From: Isurus oxyrinchus
Taxonomy: Eukaryota
NCBI GenBank assembly: GCA_026770705.1
Contig: JANJGN010000052.1
Location: 1,488,001-1,552,000, forward strand
DNA length: 64,000 nt
Direction: 5' to 3'
Shown here piece by piece: positions 49,896 through 58,984 of the stretch. The position numbers were made by a program, and so were the translations under genes. Position 1 is the first letter of the stretch. Each line of letters opens with the position of its first letter. Under the pieces are notes generated by a model. That model was not told the DNA's origin and did not search any database. It saw only the letters and a list, made by a program, of their open reading frames with translations.

Positions 49896-52800
49896 CACAC
49901 ACACACGTGTAGGCACACACATGCACACTTATACACACACAGTCATACACGTGCAAACACATACAGAGGAATATATATACACAACTCACACACACACACA
50001 CATTCATGCCCACACATAGACACACACATGCACATTCACTCACTCTTGGACAGACGTAGACACACAGTCATGCGTGCATGCGCACACACAGATACATGTG
50101 TGCATACACACACAAGCACACTCACTTCTGCAGAAACACAAACACACACACACTCACACACATACACAAATGTGAGTTCCCTCTCCTCTCTCAGGGTGCA
50201 CTGGAGTCTCGGTATCAGCTCTGATTCTGTGTTGAAGGAAGGTAAACTCCAGATCAACAAGACCCTGAATTGGATGAGCAACCTCCTGAACAGAGAATGG
50301 TAGATTTACCCCTCAGTGCTCCATCAATCAAACATTGCCTGTCAAGCCCTTGGCGAAATCCTGAGGATATGAAAGCAAGCTTCTTTCATTCTAGATGGAC
50401 AACACCTCTACTGGTGGGAGAATGCAATTGCAGTGTGACAGTTTACATAGGCAGTGTCCATTAAAAATGTGGCATTAGACCTTATCCTGAGGGAAGTTAC
50501 CTGGAAATGCATTCAGACATCAGATACAGAGACATGATGCATGGAGTCTTGCTGTGCACTATGTTTGCTCACGTTAAAATCTTTATATGTTTTTAGATGC
50601 ACCATGGAATCTCTCAGTCAATTCTCTTGATATGATTAACGCTTCATGGATCAATACAATTGAGGGGAATTCTGCAGTGATAATCTGCTCTGTCGAGAGC
50701 TTCCCAGCTTCTAACCTGATGTGGCGACATCTTAATGTCCCAATGAACAGAACCAGTTCCAACAATGAGCTGTGGTTGGTGATTCCTCACGTTACATCCA
50801 GGGACACTGGAGACTATCAGTGTGTGGCAGAGAATGAACATGGAGCAGTGGAGGAGTTCATAACCATCACTGTGGAACGTGAGTTACANNNNNNNNNNNN
50901 NNNNNNNNNNNNNNNNNNNNNNNNNNNNNNNNNNNNNNNNNNNNNNNNNNNNNNNNNNNNNNNNNNNNNNNNNNNNNNNNNNNNNNNNNNNNNNNNNNNN
51001 NNNNNNNNNNNNNNNNNNNNNNNNNNNNNNNNNNNNNNNNNNNNNNNNNNNNNNAATCCCACATGTGCACAGGTGTGTACACCTGCATGCTCACACACAC
51101 AGAAGGAAACATACACAGAATCACACGTGTGCTTGCTCAGACACACACAGACATGTGTGAGTAGTCTGTTCTTGCTGTGCTGCACTGGAGTGTTGCTCCA
51201 GATTCTGCTCTGAAACACTGACGACATCAGCTGAACAAGACCCTGTATTGGACGAGCAGCCCCCTGCACAGAGAATTGTAGGTTTATCACTCAATACCCC
51301 ATTATTCTAAAGCAATTCCTCCACTGTCAAATCCCTGTGAACATCCTGATGATGTGAAAGACATTTTCTTTTCTTCTAGCCCGACAGTGTCTCCTCTGGT
51401 GGAAGGCTGTAATTACAGCGTGACAGTTTACATATCCACATGCAGCAAGAGCTGAACAACACTCAGCTTGGCTGAGAAATGACAATTAATGTTCATGCCA
51501 CACAAGTACCAGGGAGAGCTGTTCCTTGTGTTGACCCTTGGGATTGTTTATCCCAACCTGATAGGGCAGAGGGGGCCCAGGTTGTGACTATCAGTGTGTG
51601 GCAGAGAATGAACATGGAGCAGTGGAGGGGTCCATAACCATCACTGTGGAATGTGAGTGTGGAGAAATATTTGTTTGTTTGTTGTCTCCGTGGTCTCCGT
51701 GGAGCCATTGGGATCGTGTTGTTTTTAATCCAGTTTTCTTCAATCCTCGCTCAGTCCACGTTATCCACACATCCAATTTTTCCTCTCCCTTTCTGTTTTT
51801 GCTCTCAGTTTCTCCTTCAATGGTTGTGAGGACAAGGCTGTCAGGTCTTCGTTTCCAATCTCCGTACTTGACGACCTTTCTCTCTCTAACTGTCCTGAAC
51901 AACCCTTTTAATTGCTGAACTTCTCATTCTTTAATTGATAAATATTATATATAAATGTTACATGGATTACTTTGAAATGCAACACTTGTATTCATAAATT
52001 GCTTAGAAATGACTAAACATTCAACAGCCAATGAAGCATTATCGAAGTAAGCTAACTGTTGTAAAGGAGGAAACACAGGTACTGATGTGTACACAGCAAG
52101 ATCCCACAAACCACCGTGTCTTAATGACCTGATAGGCGATTATTTCAATGAGGTTGGTTTTTTAATGTGTAGAGAGACTACATACCCTTTAGGGAGGGAA
52201 GCATGTCTCGATGTGGATGTGACTCCAGTCTCAGACACCATCATGGTTAAATCACATCTGCCCTCTGAACTGCTCTCCCAGTTTGGGACAAACCAGTGGT
52301 TCAGGAGGAAGACCCCCCACCACCTTCTCAAGGGGAAACTAGGGATGGACAATAAATGTCAGCATTGCCGAGAATGAATATTTAAACACTGAGTGAGTGT
52401 ATCGCTTCTCGAGATACATCGGAGCATCATTGTAAACCTGTAGTGCAGTAATTAATGGCTGTTTTTACAGGTAGAGACTCCAGTAAATGGACAGTAGGAT
52501 TGTTCACGGCTGGGATCATGTTGAGTGTTTTCCTGGCTGGAATCTTCATCTTCATCTGTGTGAGAAAGTAAGTCTGAAGATTTAACTTGATTTTAATATA
52601 AACATTTGCTTCAATGTTCTTTCCTGAAGTCGGTGATTGTTTCCCTTGTGTTAAGCGCCAGATGCCTCTCCCTAACTGGTCTCTTTATCCGTTATGATCC
52701 AGACAGAGTTTTTCATTGCCCGTTATCCAGATGAATAATAATCAGTTGCTGTGATCTGGAAGGTGCTGCCTGAAAGGGCGCTGGAAGCAGATTCAATAGG

Positions 52801-54705
52801 AACTTTCAAAAGGGGAATTGGATAAATACTTGAAGGGGGAACATTTGAAGGGCTATGGGGGGAAGAGCAGGGGTGGAGGGGGGGTCAAAGATATGGCGTG
52901 TCATTATAATGATATTATACCTTGGGCTTATTTACTGTATAAGACAGAAAACACCAATCACTCATAGGGGATTTGGTGAGATTGTTAATGATTTGTTTAT
53001 CAAGACTCGGCACGAGAACAGTTATACATACGGAGAAAGCTTGAAGGTATCAGAGCTGTGTGTGTGTGCTCTGCTCAAAGCAAATGTCAAACTGAGATTG
53101 GATCACATGACACACTTCCATTATAGTGATGTCACGCTGATACCCCTTATTGGAACAAGAGACAGTCCAGTCATTGGTGTAAGGTTACAGTGGGCTCTGT
53201 GTCTGTGCTGCACTGACTCTTTGCTATATGATAACCACAGTGTGATATTGTGTTATTGCAGGAGAAAGACAGCGATGGAGGAGAGAGGTTCAGGGACCAA
53301 TTACATTGCATTGACCCCCAGGTCACTCTCTGTGAAGCACCAGGTACAGGAGCTGTTTACACTCACTCCAAAGCTTCAACCTCAGTCTGTAGACAACACG
53401 TATACCAGATTCTCAACCGGGTTACACACAGATATCTCCCTGTGAAGTCAGCAATGGCTCAGTGGTCAGCACTGTCTCTCGCTCCCTGCCTCTGTCTCCC
53501 TCCATCACTCGCTCTTTGACCAGAAACCTGAACACAATAATGACAAGGCACCTGATGTCAGCAGTGAGGGAGTGCTGCACTGTCAGAGGGTCAGTACTGA
53601 GGGAGTGCTGCACTGTCGGAGTGTCAGTACTGAGAGGGTGCTGCACTGTCGGAGGGTAAGTTGCACTGTCAGAGGATCAGTACAGATGGAGTGCTGCACT
53701 GTCGGAGGGTCAGTACTGAGGGAGTGTTGCACTGTCAGAGTGTCAGTACTGAGGGAGTGCTGCACTGTCAGAGGGTCAGTACTGAGGGAGTGCTGCACTG
53801 TCAGAGGGTCAGTACTGAGGGAGTGCTGGACTGTCGGTGGGTCAGTACTGAGGGAGTGCTGCACTGTCTGATGGTCAGTACTGATGGTGTGCTGGACGTT
53901 CGGAGTATCAGTACTGAGGCAGTGCAGCACTGTCAGAGGGTCAGTACTGAGGGAGTGCTGCACTGTCAGAGGGTCAGTACTGAGGGAGTGCTGCACTGTC
54001 AGAGGGTCAGTACTGAGGGAGTACTGCACTGTCGGAGGGTCAGTAGTGAGGGAGTGCTGCACTGTCAGAGGGTCAGTATTAAGGGAGTGCTGCACTGTCA
54101 GAGGATCAGTACTGAGGGAGTACTGCACTGTCGGAGGGTCAGTATTGAGGGAGTGCTGCACTGTCAGAGGGACAGTATTGAGGGAGTGCTGCATTGTCAG
54201 AGGGTCAGTATTGAGGGAGTGCTGCACTGTCAGAGGGTCAGTATTGAGGGAGTGCTGCACTGTTGGAGTGTGATAGAGATTAAATTATAAAGAGAGAGAG
54301 AGAAAGCGAGAGAGAAAGAGAGACAGAGAAAGAGAGTGAAAAAAAAGGCTTAAACCCACTGAGACACGACTGACAGTAACGAGGCTGCACAATAATTTAA
54401 CCCTATCAGTGCCAGTAAATGATGTGAGGATGTCTTCTGTTTCTATTTCTCTGTAGGATGAACAGAACTTGCTGATTTCTGAGCCCCAGGAAACAACCAG
54501 AGACACAAACAGTGAGGGGGAGACCCCAGCTCCCCGGGATCTCTCTGAAGGTCCAGTGGGAGGCGATGTTGGACATGGGAACCCCGACAAACCAGACGAG
54601 CTTTTCTACGCCAACATCAACTTTTCAAAGCTGCCCGGCGGTGACAGGACTGTGCACAGGAGCGAGGACACGGAATACGCACAGATCAGGTTCCAGAAAA
54701 ACTGA
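36131..54705 (+). CDS. Gene C: long inhibitory Siglec-like receptor (leader, V, C2, 31-aa stub, 9 tandem C2, TM, ITIM tail); ~1253 aa if all exons are used
   Basis: 16 exons with GT..AG and compatible phases, summing to 3762 nt. Tail has TNYIAL, LFYANI and TEYAQI. Confidence 0.87.
39602..39967 (+). CDS. Gene C V-set exon
   Basis: 366 nt, open. CVQIPC, GVWF, DCSL, YFFR (Arg at 39904-39906), SYSY. Confidence 0.95.
40826..41122 (+). CDS. Gene C C2 domain-2 exon
   Basis: 297 nt, AG/GT intact. Confidence 0.93.
41342..41434 (+). CDS. Internally deleted C2 mini-exon (APQNLSFTSLDMINASSINIIEGFITITVE)
   Basis: 93 nt, equal to the 282-nt unit minus 189 nt. Splice sites and frame retained. Confidence 0.6.
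42129..42410 (+). CDS. Gene C tandem C2 repeat exon R1
   Basis: 282 nt, phase 1-1, AG/GT intact. Confidence 0.9.
43092..43373 (+). CDS. Gene C tandem C2 repeat exon R2
   Basis: 282 nt, phase 1-1. Confidence 0.9.
44122..44403 (+). CDS. Gene C tandem C2 repeat exon R3
   Basis: 282 nt, phase 1-1. Confidence 0.9.
45115..45396 (+). CDS. Gene C tandem C2 repeat exon R4 (same peptide as R2)
   Basis: 282 nt, phase 1-1. Confidence 0.87.
46145..46426 (+). CDS. Gene C tandem C2 repeat exon R5 (same peptide as R3)
   Basis: 282 nt, phase 1-1. Confidence 0.87.
47196..47477 (+). CDS. Gene C tandem C2 repeat exon R6
   Basis: 282 nt, phase 1-1. The acceptor is preceded by a (TA)n run, so it may be weaker. 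Confidence 0.85.
48274..48555 (+). CDS. Gene C tandem C2 repeat exon R7
   Basis: 282 nt, phase 1-1. Confidence 0.9.
49536..49817 (+). CDS. Gene C tandem C2 repeat exon R8
   Basis: 282 nt, phase 1-1. Confidence 0.9.
50597..50878 (+). CDS. Gene C tandem C2 repeat exon R9
   Basis: 282 nt, phase 1-1; followed by the N gap 50889-51054. Confidence 0.9.
51581..51652 (+). pseudogene. 3' remnant of a further C2 repeat exon (DYQCVAENEHGAVEGSITITVE)
   Basis: Matches the last quarter of the repeat exon with its donor; the 5' part is deleted. Confidence 0.75.
52471..52567 (+). CDS. Gene C TM exon RDSSKWTVGLFTAGIMLSVFLAGIFIFICVRK
   Basis: tttacag| ... |gtaagt, 97 nt, uncharged hydrophobic helix. Not in the ORF track. 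Confidence 0.9.
53262..53343 (+). CDS. Gene C cytoplasmic exon A (RKTAMEERGSGTNYIALTPRSLSVKHQ)
   Basis: 82 nt, phase 2 to 0; Tyr motif TNYIAL at 53296-53313. Confidence 0.88.
53565..54270. repeat. 33-bp minisatellite, about 20 copies
   Basis: Tandem array; source of several spurious ORFs. Confidence 0.93.
54457..54705 (+). CDS. Gene C terminal exon with ITIM (LFYANI) and distal ITIM-like/ITSM motif (TEYAQI)
   Basis: 249 nt to TGA. Motifs at 54601-54618 and 54670-54687, arranged like the CD33-type proximal ITIM plus distal TEY motif. Confidence 0.92.
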   Translation, partial: DEQNLLISEPQETTRDTNSEGETPAPRDLSEGPVGGDVGHGNPDKPDELFYANINFSKLPGGDRTVHRSEDTEYAQIRFQKN

Positions 54706-54897
54706 GTGTGAAACAGGGAGCGGGACTGTGGGGTGTGTGCAGCCAACATGGCCAAATAGTAATGAACACAAATATGATGTTGCTCAACTTTTTTTTATTG
54801 GTTTTAACTGAGCTTTCTGAATGCTGCACCTTTTTCCATGCTGTAAAAGATTGTGAGAAGCTTATGAATTATGTATAATTTTACATCTGTTAATACA

Positions 54898-56960
54898 AGG
54901 TGAGGTGAGAGTGACTGCCTTTGACATCAAGGCTGCATTTGACCGAGTGTGGCATCTAGGAGCCCGAGTAAAACTGGAGTCAATGGGAATCAGGGGTGGT
55001 ACGAAAGTATAATAATTTGCTTAATATTTTCCTGGTTTGTTGTAAACTAGGTTTATGGGTGTGAGTGTAGATGGGTCTGTCTGTGTAGTTTAATTACATC
55101 TGGAGACAGGTAGACTGCAAGTTTGAGATTATCAAAAGAAGCTAGATGTAGAAATGTACTTGAAATGCTAATGAGAACACATGGAGGTTGCCTTAGCATG
55201 TAAGGTGTGAAGGGGCTGTTTAGATTTCAAAGGGATGTTGGTCTGTTTAGGACAAGCCCAATAAGCAAAGCTAAGGAGTTTTTTTTTTAATTTTACCCAA
55301 ACTTCATTGACAATATTGGCAACATGAAAGTTTATATTATGGGAAAGGTACAGTTCCAAAGAATTTACACATCAAAGAGAGAGAAACATGTATAAAGGAG
55401 AATGAAAGGCTATGTTGGGGGACATGTAAGATCTAACAGGAGTGTGTGAAACAGGCTTGAAGAAGCCTCCAGGCATTTGTGCATAAGTCTGTTATGTTCA
55501 GTAAATAAAGTTGGAGAAACCCATTTAGAATTCCAGTGTCAAGTGTGTGCTGTGTTAACTCGCTGGATTTGTTTTTAATCTAAAATCTTATTTTGGACTG
55601 TTGCCTTAAAAGGGGTATGTAACTGGGAGTCAGGTTAATTAGGAATTTGAGAATATATTTTAGCTGTAACTAACCATGGTATTATGTCTGTGCTTGAAAT
55701 CTTTTATTTTGTTAATAAATATCTTAATTGAATTTTTAAAATCTCTAAAGGTTGTGGTCAACTCATTACTCCTGAATTCAGTGCACGCTTCTTGTAATAA
55801 ATACAAATTGCAAAACTATTGTGATAGCGTGACCAATTTTCCCTTGTGGATTTGGAGCACCAAGCACACATCATCTGCCATGTCATGTCACAGGGAAAAC
55901 TCTCCACTCGTTGGATTCATACCCAGCACAAAGGAAGGTGGTTGTGGTTGTTGGAGGTCAGTCATCTCAGTTCCAGGACATCACTGCAGGAGTTGCTCAG
56001 TGTAGTGTCCTAGGCCCAACCATCTTCAGCTGCTTCATCAATGACATTCATTCTATCAGATGGTCAGAATTATGAAAGGTCGCTGATGATTGCACAACGT
56101 TCAACATCATTCATGACTCATCAGATGCTGAAGCAGTCCATGTCCAAATGCAGCAAGACCTGGACAATATCCAGGCTTGGCCTGACAAGTGGCAAGTAAC
56201 ATTCATGCCACACAAGTGCCAGGCAATGACCATTTCCAACCAGAGAGAATATATCCATCTCCCCTTAATGTCCAATAGCATCACCATTGCTGAATCCCAC
56301 ACTATCAACACTCTGGGGGTTACCAATGACTAGAAACTGAACTGGACTAGCCATATAAACACTGTGACTATAAGAGCAGGCCAGAGCCTGGGAATCCTGT
56401 GGTGAGTAACTCACCTCCTGACTCCCCAAAGCCTGTCCACCAACCTCAAGGCACAGGTCAGAAGTGATGGAATACTCTCCACTTTCTTAGATGAGTGCAG
56501 CTCCAACAACACTCAAGAAGCTCGACACCGTCCAGGACAAAGCAGCCCTGCTTGATTTGCGCCCCGTCCACAAACATTCTCTCCCTCTACAACTGATGCA
56601 CAGTGGCAGCAGTGTGTGTACCATCTACAAGATGCAATGCAGGGAGTCACCAAGCCTCCTTAGACAGCACCTTCCAAACACATGATCACTACCATCTCGA
56701 AGGACAAGGGCAGCAGACACATGGGAACACCACCACCTGGAAGTTCCCCTCCAAGTCACTCACCATCCTGACTTGGAAATATATCACCGTTCCTTCACTG
56801 TCGCTGGGTCAGAATCCTGCAACACCCTCCCAAACAGTTCTGTGGGTGTACCTACACCACAGGGACTGCAGCAGTTCAAGAAGGCAGCTCACCCCCATAT
56901 TCTCAAGGACAATTAGGGATGGGCAATAAATTCTGGCCTAGCCAGTGTCAGTGAATGAAT
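54898..56960 (+). mobile_element. L2/CR1-group LINE RT and 3' end, interrupted by an LTR-like element
   Basis: AFDIKAAFDRVWH-like start at ~54915, resumes at ~55891, then MQQDLDNIQAW.DKWQVTF, and a tgaatgaa tail. Confidence 0.85.
54997..55890. mobile_element. LTR-like element, inverted homolog of 15013-16057
   Basis: Both ends align in reverse complement with the gene B intron element; it splits the LINE. Confidence 0.7.
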
Positions 56961-57399
56961 ACAAAAAAGAAGCAATTAAAATGCCCTGACATTTCTGTAC
57001 ATTTTTATCAAATTAAATACATACTGTAGTGAATAATTCCATTCTCCAAGGCACCACTTCCTGTTGTCACATGTCCTTCTGATTATTTAAATTCCTGTGT
57101 CATTGATAATGGAACATTCCCATGTAAACATGTCACACTGTAATTACAGCCTCCTACCAGTGGTGGTGCTTTAGTGTCCTAGTTTTGCTTCTCAGAGACT
57201 GGAGGAGCTGGAAACGTTGTGTTTACAATATAAGTAACACTCAGGAGTGACCAGGGGGATTCTTTTGGCCAAGTTTACGATGTTGCTAAGATACAATGGC
57301 CCCGTGGGATTTTTCCTACTGCGTTTACAAGGTTGAATTGAAGAGATTTTTGAAGTGTCTGGCACAGTTTTATTAAGATCCCCTCACAACCAATCTGGT

Positions 57400-57910
57400 G
57401 TCACTGATTTCAGTTCTGGGTCCAGCAGCTTAGGAAGGATATATTGTCCTTGGAGGGGCTGCTGTGCAGAGTCACCAGAACGATCCCGGGGCTGAAAGGG
57501 TTAAATCCCGAGGACAGGTTGCACAGACCAGGCTTGTGTTCCCTCGAGTCTCGAAGATTAAGGGGTGATCTAATCGAGGGGTTTAAGATGATTAAAGGCT
57601 TTGTTACGGGCAATAGAGAGAAACTATTTCCTCTGATGGGGTTGAGGTGAGGAGGGTTCAGAACAAGGGGGCAGAACATTAACATTGGAGCCAGGCCGTT
57701 CAGGGGGTGATGTCAGGAAGCACTTCTTCACACAAAGGGGGGGTGGAAATCTGGAACTCACTCCCCCAGAAAAAGCTGTCGAGACTGGGAGGGGTCAATT
57801 GTAAATTTCAAAACTGAGATTGGGAGATTGTTGTTGGGTCGGGGGGTTAAGGGTTACAGAACCGAGGCGGGTGGATGGGGTTAAGATACAGATCGGACGT
57901 GATCCAATCA
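57400..57910 (+). mobile_element. CR1 LINE 3' end
   Basis: GLCSLESRRLRGDLIEGFKMIKG..REKLFPL. Confidence 0.88.
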
Positions 57911-58984
57911 AATGTTAGGACGGTGAGTCTCAGGGAGGCTGGCCCAACCCCAGACGCAGCCGTCTCTGTGACCTGCTTCAACCCTGTTGGTCAGCAATGA
58001 CAACATGAGTTGATGTTAGCCTGATATGTAGTGCATGGAGGGATATTACTCTCCAGGGTGTGTGTGCATCACAGTGCTCATTCACATGTGTTCCATGTGC
58101 ACCTACATCAGCTGTGTAGACATACAAGCCTCAATACTGCATCCGGGGAATGTGCCATGTCTCACACCTTAGCTGCAGCACGACCCTTCCCTTGGAGCTC
58201 TGTGTGCTCGAGACATATTTTGTTATTTTTTCCTGCCGTCTCTGGGACCCCCGACCCGGGAGTGAAAATCCGGCCTTAACTTCCACTTTCTAGTGTCTGA
58301 GACAAGAGGCAATGAGTGAGTGGGCTGACGGTCAGGATTAATGCTGTTAATCTGTGTTTGAGGGGCTGTGAATTCTCGGGGGACTAGTTACTCTCTGAGC
58401 AGCAGCTTCCAAATCCTTATTTGATGCCGTGCATATGGGGTTGTAAGATTTTTTTTAAAACCACAGGCAGTTCACAGAAACCCACAGGAAACCCACAGAG
58501 AGACAGTCACTGAGAAAGTCACTCACTCCTTGTGGTTTCACCTTTTAACCACATCCTGTCTGTGTGGCTTAAATGTTAAACACAGCGGCCACACTCAAGG
58601 AGGTTTCACTCTGTNNNNNNNNNNNNNNNNNNNNNNNNNNNNNNNNNNNNNNNNNNNNNNNNNNNNNNNNNNNNNNNNNNNNNNNNNNNNNNNNNNNNNN
58701 NNNNNNNNNNNNNNNNNNNNNNNNNNNNNNNNNNNNNNNNNNNNNNNNNNNNNNNNNNNNNNNNNNNNNNNNNNNNNNNNNNNNNNNNNNNNNNNNNNNN
58801 NNNNNNNNNNNNNNNNNNNNNNNNNNNNNNNNNNNNNNNNNNNNNNNNNNNNNNNNNNCAGACACAAACACACACATTCACACACACACACACATTCACT
58901 CACACACACACATTCACTCACACACTCACTCACACACACAAACACACACACAAAGACAATATCCCAATGACAACAAACTGCGAT

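Noticed and set aside
42411-50300. His/Thr-rich and Cys/Val-rich ORFs extending from the C2 exons
   Set aside because: Read-through into intronic (CA)n tracts past consensus donors.
53583-54290. Long TVQHSLSTDP / RECCTVGGSV repeat ORFs (also at 7474, 11474, 23508, 26527, 29520, 61528)
   Set aside because: A 33-bp unit keeps several frames open on both strands by chance; the arrays are intronic or intergenic.
36131-54705. Assignment as a true MAG, CD22, SIGLEC1 or CD33 ortholog
   Set aside because: Domain counts and tails fit none exactly. Orthology needs phylogeny and synteny, so no gene symbol is given.
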